64,000 nucleotides of DNA from an uncultured Eubacteriales bacterium. Lineage in GTDB: Bacteria; Bacillota; Clostridia; Christensenellales; CAG-138. Location of the stretch: NCBI GenBank assembly GCA_902768795.1, contig CACXMS010000003.1:42816-106815 (forward strand). The letters are read 5' to 3'. Of this stretch, positions 40,308-57,216 are shown one piece after another. A program made the position numbers and the translations under genes. The notes beneath the pieces are model-generated. The model did no database searches. It worked only from the letters and a program-made list of their open reading frames with translations, and was not told the origin of the DNA. The stretch's first letter is position 1. Every line of letters starts with the position of its first letter.

Positions 40308-40547
40308 ATGATTATGCGTAAATTTCTGCGTACCGTTGCGATCGTCATCACTGTGCTGAGTGTGGCGGTTTCCCTTGCATATCTGCTTCTTCTGATGCTT
40401 TCCGCGTTTGTTCAGCTTCCGTTCCGCGTCGAAGAAAACTTCCTCGCCGCGGACTGGGTGTTTATCGCGGTCCCGATCCTTGCGCTGCTTTCGTCGATCC
40501 TCGTGCAGGTCGCTTCCCTGAAAAAGAAGAAGAAAAAGCAGGCATAA
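40308..40547 (+). CDS. Small 2-TM membrane protein
   Basis: AGGAGG RBS, two hydrophobic helices, poly-Lys tail. Confidence 0.7.
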   Translation: MIMRKFLRTVAIVITVLSVAVSLAYLLLLMLSAFVQLPFRVEENFLAADWVFIAVPILALLSSILVQVASLKKKKKKQA

Positions 40548-40647
40548 GTTTTCAAAAACAGATGCGCCCGTCCGCACCTTCCGGTGCAGACGGGCATGTT
40601 TTTATGCCTCCCCCTTGCATTCAAAAGCGGCGCCAATGTGCGGGCAG

Positions 40648-40680
40648 AAAAAAGGCCGTCCGGTTTTTTCCGGACGGCCT
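40648..40680 (-). terminator. Intrinsic terminator of cotH-VTC-DUF4956 operon
   Basis: aggccgtccgg..ccggacggcct with T-run on minus strand. Confidence 0.7.
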
Positions 40681-40699
40681 CATACTTTCGTGAAACGGA

Positions 40700-41383
40700 T
40701 CAGGAGATCAGATCGCCCTGATGTGCGATCAGCGTTGCGTCGTAGACGCCGTCCACGCGCAGGAACTTATCGACAAAGCCGGTTTCGCTCGACTTCACGC
40801 GCAGCTCGACCGCAAGCTCGATGCCCTCACGCTGCACGGTCTTGGACTTCACGCGCGCATAGGGGATCTGCGCGACCATTGCTTTGACCTGCTTCGAAGC
40901 GCGTTCCTCATAGTGCAGGATCAAAAGATACGGCAGGGACGCTTTCTTTTTCGAAGACGCCAGCGCAAGCATCAATACGCCGATCAGCAGGACGCCGACG
41001 ATTGCGGCCAGAATAAACCCTGCGCCGATCGCAATGCCTTCGCCGATCGCCCAGAACATGAACACGGTATCGATCGGATCCTTGATCGCAGTACGGAAAC
41101 GAACGATCGACAGCGCGCCGACCATGCCGAGCGACAGCTTCAGGTTGTTCGACATAAACAGGATGACCATTGCCGATACCATCGTCAGCATGACGAGGCT
41201 CATGTTGAACGTTTTGCTGTACACTACGCCGGAGAACGTCAGCCGATAGATCACATAGATGAACATGCCGAGCAGAAACGCGACGACAATGCTGCCGATC
41301 ATCGGGACGACCTGGTTCGTCTGAAAGTTGAACAGCTCCAGGAAAGCGGAGCGCAGCGTGCTGAAATAACTTGTTGATTCCAT
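40700..41383 (-). CDS. DUF4956 membrane protein
   Basis: LSLGMVGALSIVRFRTAIKDP.D..F.FWAI..G. Confidence 0.9.
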   Translation of the reverse strand: MESTSYFSTLRSAFLELFNFQTNQVVPMIGSIVVAFLLGMFIYVIYRLTFSGVVYSKTFNMSLVMLTMVSAMVILFMSNNLKLSLGMVGALSIVRFRTAIKDPIDTVFMFWAIGEGIAIGAGFILAAIVGVLLIGVLMLALASSKKKASLPYLLILHYEERASKQVKAMVAQIPYARVKSKTVQREGIELAVELRVKSSETGFVDKFLRVDGVYDATLIAHQGDLIS

Positions 41384-41414
41384 AATTCCTCCTGAAATAA
41401 TCATTCTTTGTATG

Positions 41415-42131
41415 TCAACAGTCGTATTGTCTGCAATACAGGTACTTGCTTGCCGCACTCCTCTGCGCGGCGTTGAGCTGCAGCAGTTCCATCACATACG
41501 ACGCCAGATACGCGTTGAACTTGACCTCGAGGATGCACTGCCCCATAAACTCCGTAGCGGGATAGGTGATCGTGTTCGGATTGAACAGATCGACCGAATG
41601 CATGCCGGTGCGGATGTTGCGATCGAGCGTCACGCGGACGTCCTCGACCGGGAATACGAACGGCTCCCGGTCATAATCGACGATAACCTTCGGCCGCAGA
41701 TGTTTCGTGACCATCTCTCCGTATGCTTCCTTTGCAAACGGCTCTTTCCGGTGCAGCAAAAAGCCGTATACGCCGGCGCAAAGCGCGCTGCATTCGCGTT
41801 TGGAAAGCGATAAGCTGTCCTTCTTGATGAACTGGCCGTTTTTGTGCTTTCGCTCCAGTTTGATGACTTTATCGGACAGATCGTAAATGCGGATGCGCCA
41901 TTTGTCGCGGTACTCGATCCCGTTCACTTTTTCGGTTACGGCCGAATCGAACGGATCGTCAAAGTAAAGACTGCGGATAAAATACCCGCCCTCTTTCGCG
42001 TACGGATCGGGACGCAGCGCATTTCGCAGACGGATCGCCAGCAGTTCCGCCTCGGCTTCCGAGATGATGTATTTCAGCTCGTGCCGGTAGCCCTCCGAAT
42101 TGGGCTTCGGGGTTAAAATACTGTTTTTCAA
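41415..42131 (-). CDS. VTC-domain polyphosphate polymerase-like protein
   Basis: RHELKY, IRSLYFD, KWRIRIY, KLERK, DYDRE, RVTLD, ILEVKF, SKY; TTG start overlapping cotH stop. Confidence 0.88.
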   Translation of the reverse strand: MKNSILTPKPNSEGYRHELKYIISEAEAELLAIRLRNALRPDPYAKEGGYFIRSLYFDDPFDSAVTEKVNGIEYRDKWRIRIYDLSDKVIKLERKHKNGQFIKKDSLSLSKRECSALCAGVYGFLLHRKEPFAKEAYGEMVTKHLRPKVIVDYDREPFVFPVEDVRVTLDRNIRTGMHSVDLFNPNTITYPATEFMGQCILEVKFNAYLASYVMELLQLNAAQRSAASKYLYCRQYDC

Positions 42132-45100
42132 AGCTTGCTTGTCCTCCCGAACAGTTCGATCATCTTCGCATCCGTCAGCTTGTAATGCGTTTTGCTGTTG
42201 ATGTAATTCTGACAGTACTTCAGGAAATAATCCTGATAATTGTTCGCGTAGTTGCGAATGTTGTTCACGTGGGAATTCCATCCCTTCACCGAAAGATGAT
42301 TGTACGGCTCCCAGCGCTTGAGGTCGTACGTTTCCATCTCAAAGCGGATATTGCTCTGCAGCTCGTCCACCTTCGCGTTGATCTTCTCCGGCGTATAAAC
42401 ATTATTGAAGAAGTCCGCGCAATAATAAAGGAAAATCTCCACAAAATCGTTGTTCGAAAGCAGCGAACGGGCAAGCGTCGTATCGAAGCTGGCGCCCGCG
42501 CCGTGTCCCGCCGGGTTGAAATACTTCGTGAAGAAATCCCTGCGGTAGCCGCTCGTCTTGTTGATATCGGTGCTCGGATCCTCGCGGTTGAATGCCCAGC
42601 AGAAGTCGTACGGAAGCCAGCGCCACTTGTTGTCCAGCTCCGTCGAACGCCACCACTTGATATTGCCGGTGTCCGTATTGCCGACGATGATTTCAAACGC
42701 GCAGTATTGCGCGAAGTTACGCACATCGACGCGGTCGCACACATACTGATAATCGGAATCGTTCCTGAGGTCGCAGTTCTTGCTGTTGCAAAAAGCGATC
42801 AGCTCCTTATAATCGTTCAGCGCGTCGCCGTTGACGTCCGCAACAACGTTGCCGCTTGCCGCGCCGTTGCCGACCAGAATGTCGATCGAATCGGTGTCCT
42901 CGATACCGAAATGCTGCGCGATATAGAACTTGCTGATCTTCTCGCGCAGATTGTACACGCCCCAGTACTCGCCGTTCAGATACACAATGCACTGGATATA
43001 CGCCTGATTCGCCATATCCACGCCCGCGTCGTTCAGAAGCCCGAGAACGAGCACGTCGCGGATACGCGACAGCGCGCAATCCTGTCCCGACGCGCGGAGA
43101 ACCAGCGATTTATACCGCGTGAACGGGCGGTTTTCAAAGAACGGATACTCGAGCCACGAGGAGCCGACGCCCTTTCTGCCGATCAGCGCGATGCCCTTCT
43201 GGGCTTTTTTGCGCGAGAACGCGCCGAAAATCCGGATGTTGAGATCGCTCTCGTAAAGAACGTTCTGCGCGTTCACGTCACAGTAGGTAAACGTCGCCGG
43301 GCGCTCCCACATCTTGCCGCGCATATTGAAGTTCGCCCAGGTTCCCATCGTTTCCTTGTCCTGGATGATGATCTCGTTCGGATCCTTCACGGCGCCCTTG
43401 CCCGTATAATCGTCGCCCTTGACGTAAATACCCGTCTTGGTGTCCCAAAGGTTATTGGGATCGGTCACAAGAAAGCAAACGGGCAGCGTCGTATTGTGCG
43501 CGTTCACGGTCTCCGAATTGCCTACGATAATATAGGTATAGGATTTCGTTACGCTCGGGTACTGCGATCCGTTGTTCGAAAACGTGCGGATCCTTAGCAC
43601 GGTATTCTGCGCGATCGGGATCGGGCCGGTGACGCGCGTACCGCTTTCGGTCGGCGTCGTCGCATCGGTCGTATACGTTGCGTACGCGCCTTCCGGCACC
43701 CGGACATTCACGGTCTGCACCGCGGAATACACGCCGCTCGGCGTATCCGCCTCGGCTGCCTCACAGTATGCCGTAAACCCTGCGTTCGGATTCTGCGCCG
43801 CCTCGGTCGGCGTATCAAACAACACCCATTCGCCGTTTGCGTCACGCCCGTACGAAATGCACGCGCGACATTCCGGAACCGTAACACGATCGATCATCGT
43901 TCCGCCCGGTTCGTACAGGTAGATCGTCTCGCCCGAGGAGGAGATATCAAAGTTCAACTGATAGCGAAGCTGCTGTTCGGTCGCGGCGCTTTCCCCGTCC
44001 CGTGGGAGACTGCCGTCCAGCTGCAGAGCGAGATATCCTTTTGCGGCGATACTCGTTCCGTCAGGAAAAACCCATTTGAGCGGGCGGCTCAGGTTGTTGG
44101 AGACCGTATAGCCGGTCAGGTCGATCGGATAGTCCGCCTTGTTGTATATCTCGATCCATGCGCCGTAGTCCGCGTCGAACGGGCGATCGCTCTTGGTCGA
44201 TTTGGAATACTGATACACGACGTGGTAGCCGTTGACGAGCACTTCGTTGAACATGATATCATGCACGCCCATGCTGCCGTTTTCGGCTTTGTCGAACAGC
44301 GCATAGCCCGCTTCGGTGTTCGGATACCCCGGCGTGATGCGGTCGGTCGGCGTAAACGGGGACGACGGATCGAACTGTCCGCCCGGGAACGACCTTGCCA
44401 TGGAAAAGTTCTTCTCCTGCGGACCGAACTCGATCATATCAATGATCATGTCCTCGGGCGAAGTCAGAAGCAGCGTTTCCCCGCGGGAAGCGAGGCCGAA
44501 ATCGATGCAGACGTATCCGTCTACGGGAACCGTCGTATTGTACACGACCAGGAATCCGTAAGCGTCGATCGTCACATGGCCGAACGTGAATTTCTTCGGC
44601 TTTGTGACGTCGTCCGACAGTCCGTATCCGGCAAGGTCGACCGGAGAGCCGGAGTTGTTGTACAGCTCGATCCAGTCGCAGTATGTCCCGTCCGGGCAGA
44701 GATGCGCGCTGCTGTTGCTCGCCTGGAATTCGCTGATGCGGACCGCGCTCTGGGAAACCGTTTCCACGGTTCCGATCTCGGTCGAAAGCATCTTGGACTT
44801 CTCGTATGCCTCGATGCCGGCGTCGGTGTTCGGATATCCGGGAGACGGCGCCTTGTTCGACCAGGTTCCCGTCGCTTCGTCGTAGCAGTACGCAAGGCCG
44901 GCGTACGTGTCTGCAAGGGAAACCGTCGTGATCGGGACGCCGCCGCCGTCGATAAAGCGCAGCACGTCGCCCTTGGACAGTGCAAACGTCGCGACATTTT
45001 TGAGGCCGGTTTCCTGCCCCGCGCACCAGATCACATAGTACTCGCCGGGCTGCAGAATCGTTCCCTCGGGCACGACCCATGCATCCGTCTCGCTGTCAGA

Positions 45101-45370
45101 CAGACCGTAGCCGGAAATATTGACCGATGCGGAGCTTGTGTTATGCAGCTCCACATAGTCGCTGTAGGTTCCCATCGGATCGCGCGCGACCTGTTTGTTG
45201 CTCACAAGAATTTCGCTGATCACGACTGCCGAGCTCTGCTTGTTCGTCGTTGTCTTCCGCGCATTCTTCCCCGCGCAGCTCATTATCAATGAAAAAGCCA
45301 GCAGCACCACAAGCACCGCCGCCAAAGCGACGGCAAGCGCGGCCAGCTTTCTTTTTTGTTTTTTATTCAT
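42128..45370 (-). CDS. Membrane-anchored lamin-tail/CotH kinase protein
   Basis: N-terminal TM; three LTD starts (ISEILVSN, ISEFQASN, FNEVLVN); YLNGEYWGVYNLRE, GNTD, WRWLPYD. Confidence 0.88.
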   Translation of the reverse strand: MNKKQKRKLAALAVALAAVLVVLLAFSLIMSCAGKNARKTTTNKQSSAVVISEILVSNKQVARDPMGTYSDYVELHNTSSASVNISGYGLSDSETDAWVVPEGTILQPGEYYVIWCAGQETGLKNVATFALSKGDVLRFIDGGGVPITTVSLADTYAGLAYCYDEATGTWSNKAPSPGYPNTDAGIEAYEKSKMLSTEIGTVETVSQSAVRISEFQASNSSAHLCPDGTYCDWIELYNNSGSPVDLAGYGLSDDVTKPKKFTFGHVTIDAYGFLVVYNTTVPVDGYVCIDFGLASRGETLLLTSPEDMIIDMIEFGPQEKNFSMARSFPGGQFDPSSPFTPTDRITPGYPNTEAGYALFDKAENGSMGVHDIMFNEVLVNGYHVVYQYSKSTKSDRPFDADYGAWIEIYNKADYPIDLTGYTVSNNLSRPLKWVFPDGTSIAAKGYLALQLDGSLPRDGESAATEQQLRYQLNFDISSSGETIYLYEPGGTMIDRVTVPECRACISYGRDANGEWVLFDTPTEAAQNPNAGFTAYCEAAEADTPSGVYSAVQTVNVRVPEGAYATYTTDATTPTESGTRVTGPIPIAQNTVLRIRTFSNNGSQYPSVTKSYTYIIVGNSETVNAHNTTLPVCFLVTDPNNLWDTKTGIYVKGDDYTGKGAVKDPNEIIIQDKETMGTWANFNMRGKMWERPATFTYCDVNAQNVLYESDLNIRIFGAFSRKKAQKGIALIGRKGVGSSWLEYPFFENRPFTRYKSLVLRASGQDCALSRIRDVLVLGLLNDAGVDMANQAYIQCIVYLNGEYWGVYNLREKISKFYIAQHFGIEDTDSIDILVGNGAASGNVVADVNGDALNDYKELIAFCNSKNCDLRNDSDYQYVCDRVDVRNFAQYCAFEIIVGNTDTGNIKWWRSTELDNKWRWLPYDFCWAFNREDPSTDINKTSGYRRDFFTKYFNPAGHGAGASFDTTLARSLLSNNDFVEIFLYYCADFFNNVYTPEKINAKVDELQSNIRFEMETYDLKRWEPYNHLSVKGWNSHVNNIRNYANNYQDYFLKYCQNYINSKTHYKLTDAKMIELFGRTSKL

Positions 45371-45450
45371 TGGGAACTCCTCAACTTATAAAATCGTATC
45401 AGCTTATCATACCATACATTTTTCGATATGAACAGTATCGCATAAAAATT

Positions 45451-46809
45451 TCACACTTTATCCGATTTTCCCGGAAGAAAGTCCTTCAGGATCCGCTTCA
45501 GCCGATCGCTCCGGTTGTCCGCCGGCCGGCACGCGCAGTGCAGCAGCAGCCGTTTTTTCAGCTCCGCAACCGCCGGCGACGGCGGCAGTCCCGTCGTTTC
45601 CAGAATCTCCCGGCCCGAAACGGCAAGTTCCTCCGCCGTCCACGGGCAGCCGTCCGAACGCATCGCTTCATAAACCGCACGCCAGCGCGACGCGACATAC
45701 GCCGTTTCATACCCGCTGCCGCGGACGTCCCCTTCGCGCAGCGCGATCAGATCCTCCGTGCCGTCTTTTCCGAGCAGGACAAACTTCTTTCGGATCGTCG
45801 TTTCCTTTGCCCGCCCGTCCAGGTCAAACATGTGCTCGCGTACCGCTTTTGTGACGCGGGAAATCACAGCGTTCGGATACGTCAGCCGCCGCAGAATCAC
45901 GGCGGTCATTTCCGCTCCGTACACCGAATGGCGGTGAAAATCCCCCGTCCCGGCAAGGCAGCGCGGCTTTCCGACGTCATGCAGCAGTCCCATCAGCCGG
46001 AGCGGAACCTCGGGCGGCATTGCGGCCGCGCTTTGGAATAAGTGCTCCAGAACGTCATACCGGTGATATTCCGGCCGCTGCGCGACGCCCGCACACTCCG
46101 CAAGCTCCGGGATCAGGTGCGGCCAAACGCCGAGCGCATCAATGAGATGCAGCGCGCGCAGCACGCCGTCCGAAACCAGCATTCGATCAAGCTCCTGCCG
46201 CCGCCGTTCCCAGGCGATATCGCCGAGCAGCGCGGCGTTTTCCCGGGCCGCGGCCCATGTCGCCGGATCCACGGCAAACCCCGTCGTCACCGCAAATCGC
46301 ACAAGCCGCAGGATCCGGAGCCCGTCGTCCCGCAGAATGATCGCCGGATCGGCGGTCGTCGTTCGCAAAACGCCGCGTTCGATGTCCCGTATGCCGCCCG
46401 TCGGATCCAGTATTTCCCCGGTCAGCACGTTCTGATACAGCGCGTTCATCGAGAAATCGCGCCGCATCGCGTCCGCTTCAAGGGAGTCCGTAAACGCGAT
46501 CGACTCGGGCGCATGCGCGCCGCCCTGCGGATAGGACTCGACACGAAACGTCGTGTGCTCGTATTTCCGGTCCCCGATGCAGAGCAGCACCGTTCCGAGC
46601 CGCTCATTCACGGTCGGGGCGCTATAGCCCGCTTCGTTTGCCAGACGGCGCATCTGCTCCGGCCGCAGGGCGCTGCACAGATCAATGTCGTGCGACGGCT
46701 TTCCCAGAAGCGCATCGCGCACACAGCCGCCGACCGCATACAGCGGGGCCGGCAGCCGTGCGGCAAACATTTGCAGTTCCTGCGGATACTCCGGCATATG
46801 CTCCGACAC
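45451..46809 (-). CDS. cca: CCA tRNA nucleotidyltransferase with HD domain
   Basis: VGGCVRD, DIDL, RRDFSMNA, LRILR..RF, LLHDVGKP. Confidence 0.88.
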   Translation of the reverse strand: MSEHMPEYPQELQMFAARLPAPLYAVGGCVRDALLGKPSHDIDLCSALRPEQMRRLANEAGYSAPTVNERLGTVLLCIGDRKYEHTTFRVESYPQGGAHAPESIAFTDSLEADAMRRDFSMNALYQNVLTGEILDPTGGIRDIERGVLRTTTADPAIILRDDGLRILRLVRFAVTTGFAVDPATWAAARENAALLGDIAWERRRQELDRMLVSDGVLRALHLIDALGVWPHLIPELAECAGVAQRPEYHRYDVLEHLFQSAAAMPPEVPLRLMGLLHDVGKPRCLAGTGDFHRHSVYGAEMTAVILRRLTYPNAVISRVTKAVREHMFDLDGRAKETTIRKKFVLLGKDGTEDLIALREGDVRGSGYETAYVASRWRAVYEAMRSDGCPWTAEELAVSGREILETTGLPPSPAVAELKKRLLLHCACRPADNRSDRLKRILKDFLPGKSDKV

Positions 46810-46814
46810 GACGG

Positions 46815-49313
46815 TTATTCTTCCGGCAGCGGTTCGATCGTTTCCGCTTCGGCGGGCGCTTCGGGTTCCGTCGGCGCTTCTCCGTCTTCGACGATTTCCT
46901 GATGCGGCAGCAGCGCGACGCAGGCGATCGAATTGCTCTCCCCGACCTGCATCAGCCGTACGCCCTGCGTGTTGCGGCCGATCACCGAAATCTGTTCGAC
47001 CGGCATGCGCATGATGATGCCGTCGTCCCGCACAAGCAGCAGGTCCTCTCCCGCTTCGGTCATGCGAAGCGCGGCAAGCCCGCCGGTCTTATCGGTCGCT
47101 TTCATCGCGACAATGCCCTTGCCGCCGCGGCCCTGAATCGAATACTGCTCCTCCGGCGTGCGCTTGCCTAGACCCTTTTCGGTCACCGTCAGCAGCATGC
47201 CGCCTTTGATGACCTTGACAAGATCGATCAGCACGTCGTCGCCGGTCAGGTTGATCCCGCGAACGCCCATGCCGCCGCGGCCAGTCGGCCGCACGCCCGC
47301 TTCCTTGAAGCGAATGCTCTTGCCCTCACGCGAAGCGAGAATGAATTCATCGTCGCCGCTGCTCATCTCGCAGGCGATCAGCTCGTCGCCCTCGCGGATC
47401 GTTTGCAGCAGCAGCCCGCCCTTGCGGATGTTGCCGCAATCGGCAATGCGCGTCTTCTTGATCAGACCCTGCCGCGTCGCGGTCACAAGATAGCCGTGCT
47501 CCTCAACCTCGCGCGGGACCACGAACATCGCGGTGACCTTTTCGCCGGTCTGGAGCTGCAAAAAGTTCACGACCGGGATGCCCTTCGACGTGCGCCCCGC
47601 TTCGGGAATCGCATAGCACTTGATCCGGTACACGCGGCCGTAATTCGTGAAGAACATGATCGGCGCGTGCGTGCTCGAAACCAGCATTCGCTCGACATAA
47701 TCCTCCTCGCGCGTCGCCTGGCCCTTGACGCCCTTTCCGCCGCGGTTCTGCGCTTTGAACACATCGGTCGAGGTGCGCTTGATATAGCCGAAATGCGTCA
47801 TTGTGACGGTCATCTGCTCTTCCTGAATGATATCGTCGAGTTCGATGTCGTCCGGCATCGGCGCGATCTCCGTGCGGCGCTGATCGCCGAGGCGCGCTTT
47901 GACGTCGAGCGCTTCTTCCTTGATGACCTCCATCAGCCGGTGTTCGGACGCAAGGATCGCTTCGAGATACGCGACGCGCTCCTTCAGCTGCCGATCCTCC
48001 TCCTCGAGCTTGTCGCGCTCGAGTCCGGTCAGGCGCTGGAGACGCATATCCAGAATCGCCTGCGCCTGCCGTTCGGAAAAGCCGAACCGCTCGCAGAGCC
48101 GCTCCTTGGCAATCTGTGCGGTTTCGCTGCCGCGAATGATCCGGATGACCTCGTCGATGTGATCGAGCGCTTTCAACAGGCCCTCGATGATGTGCAGACG
48201 TTCCTTCGCCCGGCCGAGATCGAACCGCGTGCGCCGCGTCACAACCTCTTTCTGATGCTCGAGATAATAGTACAGAATCTGCTTGAGCGTCAGAATCTTC
48301 GGCTCGCCGTCGACCAGCGCGAGGTTGATCACGCCGAACGTCGTCTGCATATCGGTATGCTTATACAGATTGTTCAGGACGACGCTTGCGTTGACGTCCT
48401 TCTTGAGTTCAATGACGATGCGCGTTCCGTTGCGGTCGGTCTCGTCGCGCAGGTCGGAAATGCCCTCGATCTTCTTTTCATGCACCAGCTCCGCGATCCG
48501 CGTCACAAGCCCCGCCTTATTGACCTGGTACGGGATCTCGGTCACGATGATACGGCTTTTCGAAGCGCTCATCTGCTCGATCTCGGTCCGCGCGCGAACA
48601 TAGATTTTGCCGCGTCCGGTGCGGTACGCCTGGGCGATTCCCGTCTTGCCGAGAATGATCCCGCCGGTCGGGAAATCCGGGCCGGGGATATAACCCATCA
48701 GCTCGTCGACCGTGATCTCAGGATTGTCGATCATGGCGACAAGGCCGTCGATCGTTTCCCCGAGGTTGTGCGGCGGCATGTTCGTCGCCATACCGACCGC
48801 AATTCCGTTGCTGCCGTTGACCAGCAGGTTCGGGAAGCGCGCCGGCAGCACGACCGGCTCCTGCTGCGTGCCGTCAAAGTTCGGCTGGAAATCGACGGTA
48901 TCCTTGTCGATGTCGCGCATCAGATCCATTGCCATCTTGCTGAGCCGCGCTTCGGTATAACGCATGGCGGCCGCGCCGTCGCCGTCCACCGAGCCGAAGT
49001 TGCCCTGGCCCTCTACCAGCGGATAGCGCGTATTGAAGTCCTGCGCGAGGCGCACCATCGCGTCATAGACGGAGCCGTCGCCGTGCGGATGGTATTTACC
49101 CATGCAGTCGCCGACGATACGGGCGCTTTTGCGCGTCGGTTTATCGGGCGTGACGCCGAGTTCTTCCATCGTGTGCATGATGCGGCGGTGAACGGGCTTC
49201 ATGCCGTCACGGACGTCGGGGAGCGCGCGGCTCGTAATGACCGACATCGCGTAGGCGATGAAGCTCTTTTGCATTTCGTGTTCCAGATTGATCGGACGAA
49301 TTGTTTCACTCAT
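46815..49313 (-). CDS. gyrA: DNA gyrase subunit A
   Basis: YHPHGD, AAMRYTE, GyrA-box QNRGGKG. Confidence 0.97.
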   Translation of the reverse strand: MSETIRPINLEHEMQKSFIAYAMSVITSRALPDVRDGMKPVHRRIMHTMEELGVTPDKPTRKSARIVGDCMGKYHPHGDGSVYDAMVRLAQDFNTRYPLVEGQGNFGSVDGDGAAAMRYTEARLSKMAMDLMRDIDKDTVDFQPNFDGTQQEPVVLPARFPNLLVNGSNGIAVGMATNMPPHNLGETIDGLVAMIDNPEITVDELMGYIPGPDFPTGGIILGKTGIAQAYRTGRGKIYVRARTEIEQMSASKSRIIVTEIPYQVNKAGLVTRIAELVHEKKIEGISDLRDETDRNGTRIVIELKKDVNASVVLNNLYKHTDMQTTFGVINLALVDGEPKILTLKQILYYYLEHQKEVVTRRTRFDLGRAKERLHIIEGLLKALDHIDEVIRIIRGSETAQIAKERLCERFGFSERQAQAILDMRLQRLTGLERDKLEEEDRQLKERVAYLEAILASEHRLMEVIKEEALDVKARLGDQRRTEIAPMPDDIELDDIIQEEQMTVTMTHFGYIKRTSTDVFKAQNRGGKGVKGQATREEDYVERMLVSSTHAPIMFFTNYGRVYRIKCYAIPEAGRTSKGIPVVNFLQLQTGEKVTAMFVVPREVEEHGYLVTATRQGLIKKTRIADCGNIRKGGLLLQTIREGDELIACEMSSGDDEFILASREGKSIRFKEAGVRPTGRGGMGVRGINLTGDDVLIDLVKVIKGGMLLTVTEKGLGKRTPEEQYSIQGRGGKGIVAMKATDKTGGLAALRMTEAGEDLLLVRDDGIIMRMPVEQISVIGRNTQGVRLMQVGESNSIACVALLPHQEIVEDGEAPTEPEAPAEAETIEPLPEE

Positions 49314-49325
49314 ATCGGCACCTCA

Positions 49326-52680
<3,355 letters not shown>

Positions 52681-52917
52681 GGCCTTCTCCCCCTCATACA
52701 GTTATTGTCAGTATACCATGTTTTCCGCTCTGTGTAAATAATAATATAGAAGAAACTCCCGATTTTGCAGAAATGTTACACAGTTTTCACGTAGCGGAAC
52801 GGGCTGAAAAGAGGCCGTTTCAATCCGTTCAAAAAACGTTTTCGTCCGGGTCACATTCGGGGCTTTTCGAACGGAGAAAAGTGTGTTATAATGCTTTTAT
52901 GATAAAATGACAGGAGT

Positions 52918-55677
<2,760 letters not shown>

Positions 55678-55684
55678 CCAATAA

Positions 55685-55738
55685 AAAGCAAGAGACTGCT
55701 GCAAAACGGATCAAACCGTTTGCCGCAGTCTCTTTTTC
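55685..55738. terminator. Bidirectional terminator
   Basis: aagagactgc..gcagtctcttttt between convergent genes. Confidence 0.65.
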
Positions 55739-55746
55739 TGTTGCGG

Positions 55747-57216
55747 TCAATACCCCCTGTCCGGCTGAACCAAAGAACCGTCGACCGCGTTCAGCACGAT
55801 CGCCTGCTGCGCGACCGACGTCTGCCCGTATTCGCCGTCCGGGCGCGTGCGGGTGAACACAAACACCCAGCAGGGTATTTCATAATATTCCTCCGAATCG
55901 CGTACCCGCAGCGTGTACGTCGTCAGGATCGCGCGATACACGGTGAACGACGCCGCGGCGCGATCCGCTTCGTTGTACCGCGCAAAGCCGAAGTCGATCG
56001 CGTTTTTCAGGAGCGTCTGAATTTTTGCAAACGGCAGCAGCGCGACATTTTCGTTTTCGAGCCCGACGACGGTTTTCGGATGCCCGTATGAGAACGAACG
56101 CACGCCGTCCGGCGCGACAAACGCCGTGATCGATTCCGTGCCGATCGGACGGTTTACCGCGCTCTCCCCGTTCGACGGATAATCGAACCGCGTCGCGGGC
56201 GAAATGTGCAGCAGCGGCGGATATCCTCCGTAATCGCGGTGCAAAACGAACCGCCAGCCCGCCGCGCATTCCGTGCGGCCCGAAAACTGGTTTGCTTCCT
56301 CCGCTTCGACAACCGTAAACGACGTCAGCCCGAGCGTTTCCAGCGTTCGCAGCAGCATGGCGCTTGCGTCCTCCTTTGACAGGGAAGGATCCTGCCAAAG
56401 CCGGAAAAACGGATCGTCCTCCTGCGGATGCGTCTTGGTAAACGCATATTGGGAACGGAGATACATGTCCTCCCCGCCCCGCTGTACGAACACGGAATCC
56501 GCATCCCAGTACAGCGTCGCCCGTTCGCCGGAGGAAAGCGTATAAATGTGCGTCGTGCGCGAAGCGATATTGCGAAAGTCGGAAACCGTGCGCGTTTCGT
56601 TCCGTTCCGGCGCCGCCGCGATCGCCGCGGCGTATTCCTCGCTTCGCGCTTCGATCTCCTCCTCGGTCCAGACCGTTTCATCCCGATCTCCGTCCGACGG
56701 CTTTCCCGCCGCGACCCATGCGCGCTGCTCGTCCGCGGTCTTCAGATACTCCCGAAACTCCGCGATCCAGTCGTCCTTCGTCATTCCGTCTGTCGTTTCC
56801 GATACCGGCGAAACAAGCAGCGCTTTTGCGACGCGCTCCGTGTCCTCCGCCGTAAAGACGGCCGCCCGCGTTCGATACACGGGATACCGTCCGTCCGCCT
56901 TCTGTTCCACCGGCGCATCAAACTGAACCGTGACTTTTTCACCGATCTGAACCGTTTCCCTCCACTGTTCAGGAAACCGGACCGACGCCGCCGAAGGCGT
57001 TTCCGTTTCATCCTCTGCCTTTTGCGAAGTTGCCTGCGGCTTTGCGTTCGGTTCCTCCGCATTTTGCTCGACTTCCACGGCAATCACCGCCGGTGCTGCG
57101 GCAAGCTTATTCTCGAGCGTGCCGTCCGCTTTGTTTACGATATATCCCTGCTTCGGCGTCGGCACGCAGCCCGACAGAAGCAGGACGACCGATGCCATCC
57201 AGATCAACCGTTTCAT
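55747..57216 (-). CDS. Lipoprotein, DUF6034-like
   Basis: Lipobox LLSGC then VPTP; C-terminal IPCW.F..LNAVDGS. Confidence 0.7.
   Translation of the reverse strand: MKRLIWMASVVLLLSGCVPTPKQGYIVNKADGTLENKLAAAPAVIAVEVEQNAEEPNAKPQATSQKAEDETETPSAASVRFPEQWRETVQIGEKVTVQFDAPVEQKADGRYPVYRTRAAVFTAEDTERVAKALLVSPVSETTDGMTKDDWIAEFREYLKTADEQRAWVAAGKPSDGDRDETVWTEEEIEARSEEYAAAIAAAPERNETRTVSDFRNIASRTTHIYTLSSGERATLYWDADSVFVQRGGEDMYLRSQYAFTKTHPQEDDPFFRLWQDPSLSKEDASAMLLRTLETLGLTSFTVVEAEEANQFSGRTECAAGWRFVLHRDYGGYPPLLHISPATRFDYPSNGESAVNRPIGTESITAFVAPDGVRSFSYGHPKTVVGLENENVALLPFAKIQTLLKNAIDFGFARYNEADRAAASFTVYRAILTTYTLRVRDSEEYYEIPCWVFVFTRTRPDGEYGQTSVAQQAIVLNAVDGSLVQPDRGY

Noticed and set aside
52681-52917. oriC
   Set aside because: Only two imperfect DnaA-box-like 9-mers and no dnaA nearby
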